Positions 10,345-19,697 are shown, counted from the stretch's first letter. The stretch is DNA of 64,000 nucleotides from an uncultured Nitrospiraceae bacterium (GCA_963727805.1 CAVSHF010000003.1:949698-1013697), one strand, 5' to 3'. The notes: a model not told the origin generated them from the sequence alone. Made by a program: numbers and translations.

Positions 10345-10838
10345 TGGAGAGAGGCAGTGGGAATCGGACCCACTCTCGGTTCATTAATATATGGCAAGCG
10401 CTCAATTGCCTTGAACCGTGATGCTGGTTTTGCACACCAGATGAGGCACCAGCCCCATGCCCCCCGGAAACAGCTCAGAGTAGAGACGGTCATCTCCTAT
10501 TACTTCATCCATACGATGGAAACAGTAGCTTATTTGACCAGATATGGTTTCCGAACCGGAATGGCGAAACTGAAGAGTATTCATATTTTCATTCAATTCG
10601 CCTTTATTGATACGTCGTGGGTAGTTGTCTCAGAGAGTGTACTATATTTAAGGCCTATGCCTATGCCTATGCCTATGATAGCCCGGTGGATCATTAGCAG
10701 TTAAATTAATATAGATGATGTCAATATGTAAAATAGATTAATTGAATAGTTTAAACTGGAGTTATAGATTTGTCCCCACAATCTAAAGATGGATGGATGA
10801 TGACTGGCTGAGATCCAAGCGTTACATTAAAGTTGCAG
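10345..10838. repeat. Copy 1 of a ~495-nt paralogous noncoding element (candidate structured RNA or long leader upstream of the hydrogenase operon)
   Basis: Aligns by eye along its whole length with 44491-44986 in the same orientation. Shared hairpins include CTGGT-TTTGCAC-ACCAG (10424-10440) and CCAT-ACG-ATGG (10509-10519). On the minus strand it ends in GTGGG-TCCGATT-CCCAC...TCCA. It lies 103 nt upstream of the hyaA start. Confidence 0.7.
10653..10676. repeat. Hexanucleotide microsatellite (GCCTAT)x4 inside element copy 1
   Basis: Four perfect tandem GCCTAT units. The homologous position in copy 2 carries a shorter, degenerate version (gcctatgcccatgtctat). Confidence 0.9.
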
Positions 10839-11078
10839 ATTCGAAATCTACGGGACAGACAGCTTCAAAGAGCCCGCATAGGCCGCATTCAAAATGAATT
10901 AACCGGTGCCCTCTGTCAGCAGGTCGAAAGGCCTTGGCTATTTTATTAGGAAGACCATATTTCTGTAGGAAACCGCACTCGGACTAGCACTCTCCGCATT
11001 CAACGCATTTTTGGCTATCTCAGCCGTCACCGAAAGTGAAGAGATATTCATGTTTGTTCCCCGAGATGTATTCACCTT

Positions 11079-11882
11079 TTATTTTGCAATCGGCATCCCG
11101 GCCTCTTTCCATGAGGCATAAAGGGTCTGGAAGATATTCGGATAAGCAAGTTTCATCAATTTCCGGTACGCTATATAACTCCGACTTCCAGTGTTGCAAT
11201 AGACAATAATCTTTTTTCCCTTCGGTAATACATCGGATTTTGACGCAAAAACATCAACTGGAATATTAATTGCCGACGGGATATGTCCTTCATTGAATTC
11301 TCCAGGTTCTCTTACATCGACGAGCACGTAATCTCCTTTATCCTCTTTCAGAAGGCTTTGCACTTGAGCGGGACTCAGCATAATTGTCTCTATTTTTTTG
11401 CTGTAATTGGGGCCTGCAACAAAACACAGATCCTTCTCTTCCCAAACAGGAAATCCTTCACTGTAGACCATGATATTTTTATACCCAGCAATTTCCACCT
11501 TTTGCGCGAGTTTCTTGCTCTTGCCACATTTGATGCCATTACAGTAGATCACTAGAAGGGTATTTTTGTCAGTGGGAAGTTTTGATGAGGCATTTTCAAA
11601 CTTATTCTCTGGAATATTGATTGCATCGACGATGTGTGCATCATCATATTCTTCTTTTGTTCTGGCATCTATGAGGATAAATTCCATTTTTGAATCCATC
11701 ATTTCCTTCAGTGCTTCGGTGGTGACGACCTTAGATTCCGCAGCGGCACAGAGCCCAAAAACAAATAAAACACTCATTAACGTCAGGCAGACCAGTACTG
11801 CTCGAAATTTCCGAAATCTTATGGAATCCATCGTTCCTCCCTCAGGATTATCTTCAATGGAGAGTACCCGTCCTTTCTCCAT
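11079..11882 (-). CDS. Exported tandem-rhodanese sulfurtransferase
   Basis: 267 aa with an N-terminal hydrophobic signal or anchor. Two rhodanese domains carry active-site loops CNGIKCGKS and CNTGSRS. Confidence 0.8.
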   Translation of the reverse strand: MEKGRVLSIEDNPEGGTMDSIRFRKFRAVLVCLTLMSVLFVFGLCAAAESKVVTTEALKEMMDSKMEFILIDARTKEEYDDAHIVDAINIPENKFENASSKLPTDKNTLLVIYCNGIKCGKSKKLAQKVEIAGYKNIMVYSEGFPVWEEKDLCFVAGPNYSKKIETIMLSPAQVQSLLKEDKGDYVLVDVREPGEFNEGHIPSAINIPVDVFASKSDVLPKGKKIIVYCNTGSRSYIAYRKLMKLAYPNIFQTLYASWKEAGMPIAK

Positions 11883-12227
11883 CGTTTCATGTTGCTACTC
11901 ATATTTTAGAAGTGATAATGAAAGTAAACGTATAATAGATGCCAAAGCCTTTTGGGCGAACATGCAACCTATTCGGACATGCTGATTACATCCTGCTAAC
12001 ATTGCCTTGTATTTTGCGCAGTTCGCCTCCAAAATAGGTATAGGGATAAACTGATGATACGCTATTTCAATTCACAGAATACCGAGATAAAGGAATTCAA
12101 TTAGCATTCCGGCAAGGTCTTACGGATACTCTGTAAACGTCATCATAAAACACATTTTTCAAAATGCTAAGGAAACAACGGGGAGAGACGAATCGATCAG
12201 TCCCTCCCCCTGCATTGAAAAAGATTT

Positions 12228-12782
12228 TTATTTTACGCTTTCCATAGGATAATCCGCCTCTTTCCAAGCCTTAATCCCACCGGGATGTCGATAGACATTC
12301 TTATAGCCGAGTTTGATCGCCCACATCGCTGCGTTATGGCTACGGGTGCATTCCGTAAACCCACAATAAAAGACAAGCGTCCGGTTTTTGTCTGGTCCAA
12401 GGAGTTTCTCGAACTCGGTCTTCTTATTCTCATCCAACACGGTCACTTCCGGGATCGGGAACTCGAACTGGACGGCTCCCAATATATGATTTTTTTTATA
12501 GCTTGCCTCATATGGCATGGTATCGACAATGAACATGTCCTTCTTTTGGTCAATCCAGGTCTTTAATTCCTCAGTGGTAACTATTTTATATCCGCCTCGT
12601 TCCAGTTCGTGGGCGAAGTTCACAGCGACCTTTTCGGTTTCAAGGTCTTTGTTGCCCAATGAATAGGCACTCGGTGAAAAAGAGAGAACCAGCAAAAAAA
12701 CAAATAGACAAAATAGTGTCTTCTTCGGCATCGTTACATACTCCTTTAGTTTAGTTAATAGATTGGATTGAGCCAAGTCCAT
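12228..12782 (-). CDS. Exported single-domain rhodanese-like protein
   Basis: 184 aa with a signal peptide. Contains the rhodanese loop FYCGFTECTRSHNAA and the ending KAWKEADYP. Confidence 0.8.
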   Translation of the reverse strand: MDLAQSNLLTKLKEYVTMPKKTLFCLFVFLLVLSFSPSAYSLGNKDLETEKVAVNFAHELERGGYKIVTTEELKTWIDQKKDMFIVDTMPYEASYKKNHILGAVQFEFPIPEVTVLDENKKTEFEKLLGPDKNRTLVFYCGFTECTRSHNAAMWAIKLGYKNVYRHPGGIKAWKEADYPMESVK

Positions 12783-13100
12783 TGCCGCTGCTGCGGTGTG
12801 TATATTATGATACGATTTAAGGCAGACCAGGTCTAATAGATAATGGGCTTGCTTGCTCTGTTATTGATTGGAATTACCTATCGAAGCCAATCCACTAGAT
12901 GGAGAGAGTGAAGGGGACATACGGGAGTGGCTCTCAGCCTCGTCATCTGAAGTGTTGAAACCAACTAAGAGATTGGAATCCTGAGAAGGACTGAGTGCTT
13001 ACAGTGCGCCCAACAGATCTGACGGACCAATTTTAGCCGCTCAGCCACACGTGAGAGAGAGTCCAGTTAATGTTTTTTACCGGAAGAATTTCATTCTTTG

Positions 13101-13697
13101 TTACCAGCCAGACATCTGTCGAGGGAAGTAATTTCCATAGCGAAGCTCTCTCAGCAGATCGTTCATGCCATGAATATCTTTATCGAACACAGTCACGATT
13201 TTCCCTACCTCTTCCAGAGTATGGGCATCACTGCCTCCGACCTGCTTTATTCCGTTACCCTGTCTATTCAGCCATTCATTGCACAAACCGTTCTCGGCAG
13301 GGTGATTTCTCCCGTTTAGCCCCTCAACAATTTGAGAGTTTTGAAGAACGCTTGTCAGAACTGGCCTGTTGTGACGGAAAGGATGGGCCGGAATCGCAAC
13401 TCCGTCTTCTCTTTGAACCCACGGAAGAAGCTCATCGGCATCCATGTGGTGTGGAATACGATCAAAAGGTCCAAATACCAGAAAGTCCCCCTTTGGTGTT
13501 GTATATTCCATGCCGACAATAACACATATCCCATATCTATCAGCGATACTTTCGAATACTGATTTTGAAGCTACAGAATCATGATCTGTTATGCAAATTC
13601 CGTGTAGGCCGACATCGCTTGCTCTTCTTAGGAGTTGAGGGATATCGATTATACTGCAAGGCGAAAAGTGAGTATGGATATGCATATCTATAACCAT
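13101..13697 (-). CDS. PHP-domain metal-dependent phosphoesterase
   Basis: 198 aa. Contains the PHP signatures DMHIHTHFSPCS, ITDHDS and GGSDAH. Confidence 0.8.
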   Translation of the reverse strand: MVIDMHIHTHFSPCSIIDIPQLLRRASDVGLHGICITDHDSVASKSVFESIADRYGICVIVGMEYTTPKGDFLVFGPFDRIPHHMDADELLPWVQREDGVAIPAHPFRHNRPVLTSVLQNSQIVEGLNGRNHPAENGLCNEWLNRQGNGIKQVGGSDAHTLEEVGKIVTVFDKDIHGMNDLLRELRYGNYFPRQMSGW

Positions 13698-13816
13698 ACT
13701 TTAATACTAGCCCCCCGGTCTTATTCAGTCAAATAGGTACTATCAATGGAAGAAGTAAATTCTATCGCTCAAATCTATTCGCCGGAGGTGAAAGGTAATG
13801 GTATGATAGAAATCAA

Positions 13817-15115
13817 ATGCGCTGCATATTAGTAATTCTTGACGGCATTGGCGATAGGGGACAGGTCTGCTTTGATGGCAAGACTCCCCTTGATGCTGCA
13901 TACACGCCTAACATGGATCATCTCGCCTCTATAGGGATGAATGGCCTGTATCATAGTCTGGCGCAGGGCATTCCAATGTCAAGCGAAACCGCTCATTTTT
14001 TAATCTTTGGCAATGATATCGAGGACTTTCCCGGAAGGGGTGTTATTGAGGCCATAGGTGAGGGGATTCCTGTCGAAAATACGGATGTTGCAATACTGTG
14101 CCATTTGTGCTCTGTTGACAAAAAAGATAATTGTCTCATCCTAACCCATGGGCGCCCCGAAAGCCATGACGAAGTACTTATGGCATTGAAAGAAGAGATA
14201 AGGACATTTGAAGCTGAGGGGATAGAGATCCAACTCGTACATTCCAGAAAGATCGATGGCTTTCTTATGTTAAAAGGAGATGTATCGGCGGATATAACCG
14301 ATTCCGACCCTATATACGAAGGGAAGCGGGTTATTGAGGTTATGCCGACGCTTCGACAAACGATCACGAGAGCATCAGAAAAAACTGCGGCAGTATTAAA
14401 TCGATATCTGATCTGGTCTCATCAAAAGCTCTCTGCTCATCCCACCAATATGGATAGAATTGCAGGTGGCCTCCTACCCATGAACGCTCTTGTTACTCAA
14501 AGAGCAGGTAAAAAAAGAGAATTGGCATCTTTCACGAAGAAATGGGGGCTTCGGGGCCTCTCAATCTCTTCTGGTCCCATCTATTGGGGGTTATGCAGTG
14601 AATTGGGGATAGAAACCGTAAAAGTCCGAGACACAGGAAATATTGAAGAAGACTTGAAATACCGTCTCCGCGTCGCCAAGGATGCCAAGAATTATGATTT
14701 CATCCATGTCCACACGAAGATGCCTGACGAGGCTGGTCATACAAAAAACCCTCAGTACAAGAAAGAAGTCATTGAAGCTATCGATCGAGCGATGTCTGTT
14801 GCTATCAGTGAAATCATACCAGATAATGAAGTCTTGCTTGTTGTTACCGCAGATCATTCTACGGCAAGCTCGGGTATTATGATACACACAGGTGAGACGG
14901 TACCACTGACCATGGTCGGCAAATATGTGAGAAGGGATAAGGTCGGAGAATTTAATGAAGTCAGTTGCGCAAGCGGAGCGTTGGGAATTGTAAAAGGGAA
15001 GGAATTGATGTACCTCATTCTTAATTTTCTTGACAGGATAAAAATGTATGGACTTATGGATACACCCGTCGATCAGCCATACTATCCTGGGAATTATAAG
15101 CCGTTGACACTGTAA
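13817..15115 (+). CDS. apgM: Cofactor-independent phosphoglycerate mutase, archaeal type (alkaline-phosphatase superfamily)
   Basis: 432 aa. N-terminal ILDGIGDR...GKTPLDAAYTPNMDHLA, plus TADHSTA and HTKMPDEAGH metal-site motifs. Confidence 0.7.
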   Translation: MRCILVILDGIGDRGQVCFDGKTPLDAAYTPNMDHLASIGMNGLYHSLAQGIPMSSETAHFLIFGNDIEDFPGRGVIEAIGEGIPVENTDVAILCHLCSVDKKDNCLILTHGRPESHDEVLMALKEEIRTFEAEGIEIQLVHSRKIDGFLMLKGDVSADITDSDPIYEGKRVIEVMPTLRQTITRASEKTAAVLNRYLIWSHQKLSAHPTNMDRIAGGLLPMNALVTQRAGKKRELASFTKKWGLRGLSISSGPIYWGLCSELGIETVKVRDTGNIEEDLKYRLRVAKDAKNYDFIHVHTKMPDEAGHTKNPQYKKEVIEAIDRAMSVAISEIIPDNEVLLVVTADHSTASSGIMIHTGETVPLTMVGKYVRRDKVGEFNEVSCASGALGIVKGKELMYLILNFLDRIKMYGLMDTPVDQPYYPGNYKPLTL

Positions 15116-15119
15116 TCAT

Positions 15120-15944
15120 ATGGAGAAAAGGCTTCTCGATATTTTGGCCACCAAGCCAACACTTGTCTTTAATTTCCCCGAGTGGATGCTCCCTGCGGCA
15201 ATGATTGATGAGATCCTAGAGACAGCGGATACTATCATAGTTGAAATGGCGGGAAGGGATAGCATTGCAGCGGCAATAAAGGCAACCAGTATGATCTCGG
15301 TCAAAGCGGTCATCCCCACTATAGCCTACTCCGGCACAGAATTCGGAAGCTGGGAGATACTGCTAAAAAAAACCGCCTTTCTCAAAGAGAGGCTAAAAAG
15401 TTTCGACATTAAGGTTTTTGACCCCGTCTTTTTGGGTGATGCCAGACTCTGGCGAGTGCTCTGCGGAAGATATACGACTCATCTTTTCAAGCGTTTCGGC
15501 TTTTATACGCCCTGTGTGGGTTGCCATTTATATCTTCATGTCTTAAGAATACCCCTGGCGAAAATGTTGGGCTGCAAGAAGGTCATCGGCGGAGAACGCG
15601 AAACTCATGACGGCAAAATCAAACTCAATCAAATCAGCATTGCCCTTGATGCATATATCGACCTGCTCCAGAATTTCGGCATAGAACTCATTTTGCCGCT
15701 CAGGCACGTCAAATCAGGTAACGATGTAGAGTCAATTATAGGACAACATTGGGAGGAAGGAGGGGAACAAATGCAGTGTATCATGAGTAATAATTATCGA
15801 GAGGTTGATGGTTCCGCAGTCTATGTAGAAAACTCCATGAAAAGATACTTCGATGAGTTTGCATTAAATATTGCTGAAAGAGCGATACGTAGTTATCTTG
15901 AGAAAAAGACACCTGAATATGAAAAGCTGATTCAGTCTCCTTAA
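15120..15944 (+). CDS. Hypothetical protein, possibly PP-loop/adenine-nucleotide alpha-hydrolase-like
   Basis: 274 aa, starting 4 nt after the apgM stop. EMAGRDS resembles a degenerate SGGxDS PP-loop, and a CVGCH motif is present. The assignment is weak. Confidence 0.35.
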   Translation: MEKRLLDILATKPTLVFNFPEWMLPAAMIDEILETADTIIVEMAGRDSIAAAIKATSMISVKAVIPTIAYSGTEFGSWEILLKKTAFLKERLKSFDIKVFDPVFLGDARLWRVLCGRYTTHLFKRFGFYTPCVGCHLYLHVLRIPLAKMLGCKKVIGGERETHDGKIKLNQISIALDAYIDLLQNFGIELILPLRHVKSGNDVESIIGQHWEEGGEQMQCIMSNNYREVDGSAVYVENSMKRYFDEFALNIAERAIRSYLEKKTPEYEKLIQSP

Positions 15945-16123
15945 TTTGCATGTTACATGCGCGCACTACCTTGATCACATGCCAAATGTGCTTATTGACA
16001 GTGTCTTTCTTTCCCATGCCTCTCACACTCCTTCAGTCCGAAGGCCGTATAAGTGTGGGGGGATGGCTGCACATCTGCCACCCCCTCCTTGTTATGCCCT
16101 TCTATCCGGGCATGCACGAAGAA

Positions 16124-16684
16124 TTACTTAGTAGCCGATTCCGTCTTAGACTGCAGTTTTGAGATAACTTTTTGCATGCGAAGCTTGGACTTTGCAAGTC
16201 TTCCCTGAACCACGGCCTGCTGGTCTGGTGTAAGTATCGGCATCACCTGGCTGAAGACTTTTGCGCGTGAAATGGCCATCTTCTCCTGTGCTGCTGAAAC
16301 ATCTCCGAATGCTTTCTGCACGGCGGATTGATCAAATGTTGAGCTAGTCGTGGCCATCATCAGGTTCTGTCTCGCTTGGAGAACTGCAATTCTGCCCTCG
16401 ATAAACTCCTTGTGATGACCTTTCATAATGCCTTTGACCTGCTCTTTTTGGGCCGATGTAAGATTGAGCCCCTTGAACATCTTCCACTCGTGATGTCCGC
16501 AACGCCCACCATGTTTATGGTGTTTGCCATACTTTCCATCCATGCCATGTTTACCCTGTTCTACATGCCTCTGCCCACCATCGCGGTCACCCTCCGCATA
16601 CACATTGGAAACCATGCTGCCTCCCAGCAGCATGGTTAGCGACACTGCTGCAGCCAATGCAGAAAAACGACTTAACCCCTTCAT
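16124..16684 (-). CDS. Periplasmic CpxP/Spy/ZraP-family protein (LTxxQ motifs) with a His-rich N-terminal region
   Basis: 186 aa with a signal peptide. Has a His/Gly-rich stretch (GKHGMDGKYGKHHKHGGRCGHH) and LTSAQ and LTPDQQ motifs. Confidence 0.7.
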   Translation of the reverse strand: MKGLSRFSALAAAVSLTMLLGGSMVSNVYAEGDRDGGQRHVEQGKHGMDGKYGKHHKHGGRCGHHEWKMFKGLNLTSAQKEQVKGIMKGHHKEFIEGRIAVLQARQNLMMATTSSTFDQSAVQKAFGDVSAAQEKMAISRAKVFSQVMPILTPDQQAVVQGRLAKSKLRMQKVISKLQSKTESATK

Positions 16685-17191
16685 TACATTTCCTCCTTTG
16701 AAAGTTTATCTTCTATAACTTATAGACGAGCAAGATTATCAAAAGGTTACAAGTATGAAGATATTGACCAACAGGAATAGAGTATTTTACGAAACTGTTG
16801 AAATGTTGGGGTTAATGTTTGGGGTGCTGAAAGTTCCAGCACTGAATAATGCGGAACTCTAACCGTGCGTTAGCAAACATGAGCCCTATACGGTTTGTAT
16901 TCTGTGTGGCGGAAGACTATTGGATAGTTTCCGCCTTCACAGAAAAGCTACCACAACCTTAAGCACATTCACACTTAAGCCGCTGGCGCTGCCTTTGAGC
17001 CTTAGTCTTCAATCTCGTCAAATTATGATCATTCCTTCAGTAGATCAATCGGTCTGTTGCCAATTTACTAGTCTTTGTAACCTTTTATATCTCAGCATCG
17101 TCTATCTACAGGGAGATAAGATCTGAAGTAATCGAAAAAGAACTGCTTCAAAATGAATATTCTGACATAAGTCATTGAGCTGAGAAAGACT

Positions 17192-18031
17192 TTGAAACGA
17201 TTTGTAATTATTTCAATCATTTTTCACACTTTAATTATCGTTATTGCCCTTTTTCTAATATCAAATAAAAGACAAGAGGAGCAAAAGCCTTTTATTGCGC
17301 GGATTGTTACACCGGAAGAATTGAGCAATGAAGGGAAGAAAGAGAATACTGCTGTACTGAAAAAAGACAGAAACAGCAAAAGCGATCACAACATCAGGAT
17401 ACACAGCATGAAAAGAGAAGCCCCGAAAGTTTTGTCGGCTATCCCCGCAAGTCCTTCGGCAAAAGAGTCTCCTCTTGGACCGCCTGCTTTAGCGAGAGAA
17501 CTACCTTCAAAGGGCGGAGGGATGAAATCACTCCCTGATTTGGGGGGCGCGAAAGAATACAGAGAAGAGAGCGGCGCACAACGCTCTGGAAAAGAGCTGC
17601 AGCCCGGAGCCCAGCAATCCCCAATGAGGGAACGGCTTTTTGACCGGGACATTATCGCGAAATTGTCTAAACAGGATCAGGAGGGTGTACAGAATGGCAG
17701 TTCAATTACTTTCGATACTGAAGAATTTAAATATTACGGATACATGCAACGCCTGAAAGAAAAGATAGAAAGCGTATGGAAATATCCTCCTGATGCTGCT
17801 GCACGGGGAGAGTATGGCGATCTGTATATACAGTTTACGATCAAGAAAAATGGGAAGATCGGGGCAGTGGAATTAGTCAAAACATCGGGGCATCCCAACC
17901 TCGACGCCGCGGCGATAATAGCGCTAAAAAATGCGGATCCCTATTGGCCGCTTCCCGATGCCATGGGTAAGGACAGTCTGACAATCACCGGTCATTTTAT
18001 CTATGTCAATGGAGGATACTACATCAGATAA
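17192..18031 (+). CDS. tonB: TonB-family energy transducer
   Basis: 279 aa with an N-terminal TM helix, a Pro/Lys/Glu-rich linker and a C-terminal TonB domain (YPPDAAARGEYGDLYIQFTIKKNGKIGAVELVKTSGHPNLDAAA). Non-ATG start. Confidence 0.75.
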   Translation: MKRFVIISIIFHTLIIVIALFLISNKRQEEQKPFIARIVTPEELSNEGKKENTAVLKKDRNSKSDHNIRIHSMKREAPKVLSAIPASPSAKESPLGPPALARELPSKGGGMKSLPDLGGAKEYREESGAQRSGKELQPGAQQSPMRERLFDRDIIAKLSKQDQEGVQNGSSITFDTEEFKYYGYMQRLKEKIESVWKYPPDAAARGEYGDLYIQFTIKKNGKIGAVELVKTSGHPNLDAAAIIALKNADPYWPLPDAMGKDSLTITGHFIYVNGGYYIR

Positions 18032-18166
18032 CAATTCAAGCACCCTCAGCAGTGAAATACCTTGTGCCAACGGAGTGACTGTTTATTATCGTAAGAGGAA
18101 CTGCCACAACACACTGTCAGATTAAACTTATCAGTTTTTGCATTGCTCTATTTTTAAGGAGGTCAG

Positions 18167-18796
18167 ATGGAACAGTCAGCTTTACAAATGATTTTACAGG
18201 CGGGATACGTCGTCAAGTGCGTACTGATCATTCTGTTGATGTTTTCAATTACATCATGGACGATCATATTCTATAAATGGCGGCTCTTCGCAAAAGCGGA
18301 CGATGAGAATGCCACTTTTATGAAGATCTATAATGTGTCAAAGAGTCCGAAGGATCTCTACACATCATCAAAGAAGCTCGAACTGAGCCCCCTTGCACGA
18401 CTCTTCAAGTCGGTCTACTCTGAAAAGGCCTATACTGACAAGCAGGAGCTGCGGAGGATGCTCAAGAGATACGGGGCGCTCGAGTCGGCGCGGCTTGAGC
18501 GGTACCTTAACTTCCTCGCTACAACAGGTACGACTACTCCCTTTATCGGTCTCTTCGGAACAGTGTGGGGGATAATGAATGCCTTCACTGGCATAGGAAC
18601 TGCAGGATCAGCATCACTCGCTGTAGTCGCCCCGGGAATCGCCGAAGCCCTTGTCACTACGGCGATGGGTCTTGCTGCGGCCATCCCCGCCGTAATTGCC
18701 TACAATTACAACCTGAGTCGGGTGAATCGTATGATCATCAACATGGATGACTATTCCGAGGAGCTCGTTGACTACATTCTCGGTACCGGCTTATGA
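18167..18796 (+). CDS. exbB: MotA/TolQ/ExbB proton-channel protein
   Basis: 209 aa with three TM helices and the conserved TTPFIGLFGTVWGIM...ALVTTAMGL motif. Confidence 0.85.
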   Translation: MEQSALQMILQAGYVVKCVLIILLMFSITSWTIIFYKWRLFAKADDENATFMKIYNVSKSPKDLYTSSKKLELSPLARLFKSVYSEKAYTDKQELRRMLKRYGALESARLERYLNFLATTGTTTPFIGLFGTVWGIMNAFTGIGTAGSASLAVVAPGIAEALVTTAMGLAAAIPAVIAYNYNLSRVNRMIINMDDYSEELVDYILGTGL

Positions 18797-19194
18797 AAAC
18801 CGGCCACAACAGAACCGCTTTGTCTGAAATCAACGTGACCCCCTTGGTCGACGTCATGCTGGTCTTGCTGATTATTTTCATGGTGACGGCACCTCTGATG
18901 CAGCAAGGAATAGATGTTAATCTGCCCAAGGCCAAAGGTAAAGAGCTGCCTCCCGAAGAGAGAATTACGATTATCGTCAAGAATGGTGGAGTGATCTTTC
19001 TGAATGATAATCCAATATCGAAACAGGATATGACAAATAAGCTCTCTGCTATCAGCAAGCTCAGCCCGAATGTATTCCTAAAGGCGGACCAGGACGTTCC
19101 GTATGGGACTGTCGTCGAGATTATGGGTGACATAAAAGATGCGGGGATAGAAAGACTTGGGATGATCACTGAGCCAAAGATTTCATTGAAATGA
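18793..19194 (+). CDS. exbD: ExbD/TolR biopolymer transport protein
   Basis: 133 aa. Contains INVTPLVDVMLVLLIIFM. It overlaps the exbB stop by 4 nt. Confidence 0.85.
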   Translation: MKTGHNRTALSEINVTPLVDVMLVLLIIFMVTAPLMQQGIDVNLPKAKGKELPPEERITIIVKNGGVIFLNDNPISKQDMTNKLSAISKLSPNVFLKADQDVPYGTVVEIMGDIKDAGIERLGMITEPKISLK

Positions 19195-19545
19195 GAACGG
19201 GGATGTTTGAATCAGCAGGCTTCGAAATGGCGGATGTGTGAAGAACTCGATGTATTGACGCGCCTCCGGTTGATAGACTAGATTTTGAGGCTTGGCAAAG
19301 ATCTCTTATACAACCCCCATTAAAAACACTAAGCACATAGTAACCTGTCGCCGGACCCGACCGTCTTTTGATTTAAAAAGGATGAAAACGTGAGCAGCTG
19401 ATGTTGAAATTTAAACGCCGATTAGGACATGTTGCGCCGGCAGCCTTTGACATAGCAATCACTGTCAACAGGATAATCCTGTTCGCTTATTTTAATCTCA
19501 CATATCGCTTTCATCGTCTTGGTACTTGATAAAGGAGGAGATTAC

Positions 19546-19662
19546 ATGAAGAGATTGAGCGGCGCAGTAATTGCCTTTTTGGTGTTGGCGATAGTAGCAA
19601 TCGGGGGGTTGGCATATGAACTTATATGTTTCTATAGGCAGGTCATGGGCCTCAATATGTGA
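19546..19662 (+). CDS. Possible 38-aa small membrane peptide
   Basis: ATG preceded by AAAGGAGG. It encodes MKRLSGAVIAFLVLAIVAIGGLAYELICFYRQVMGLNM (one TM helix). It is below the ORF-track length cutoff and was found by reading the sequence. Confidence 0.35.
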   Translation: MKRLSGAVIAFLVLAIVAIGGLAYELICFYRQVMGLNM

Positions 19663-19697
19663 AGATGATTTGCCAGAGATTTTAACGTATTTCTCGT

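Noticed and set aside
10402-10596. ORFs 10402-10596 (64 aa) and 44476-44739 (87 aa) as a conserved small-protein family (MNTLQFR...ELFPGG.GL.PHLVCKTS)
   Set aside because: The two translations do align. However, the nucleotide differences between the copies are spread roughly evenly over codon positions 1, 2 and 3, with no third-position excess. The ORFs also end at different places, and similarity continues well outside them. This fits noncoding conservation better than a protein.
10719-10724. A conserved TTGACA on the minus strand (also at 44876-44881) as the -35 of the element's own promoter
   Set aside because: Copy 2 has a tolerable -10 (TAAATT at 18 nt), but copy 1 has no good -10 at 16-19 nt. 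The distance to the conserved core also differs by 8 nt between the copies. This is too weak to call as a feature and is mentioned only as context.
10345-10838. Identifying the repeated element as tmRNA, RNase P RNA, a T-box leader, a group II intron or an intron-containing tRNA
   Set aside because: No 5' acceptor strand complements the 3' end, and there is no recognisable tag reading frame or GGGG...GGATTCGAC 5' motif of tmRNA. The RNase P motifs (GGAAAGTCCGGGC, ACAGAACCCGGCTTA) are absent, as are the T-box sequence and the group II 5' GUGYG and domain V. Two diverged copies would also be odd for these single-copy RNAs. The question remains open for a proper covariance-model search.
12927-13048. 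A possible structured RNA between the PHP gene and the rhodanese gene
   Set aside because: GTGGCT/AGCCAC, CGTC/GACG and ATCTG/CAGAT can pair, and there is a TCCT-GAGA-AGGA tetraloop hairpin. A stretch also resembles a tRNA D-arm (TGGCTGAGCGGCTAAAA on the minus strand). However, the helices are short and separated by large asymmetric loops. I found no T arm or known riboswitch core, and there is no second copy to test covariation.
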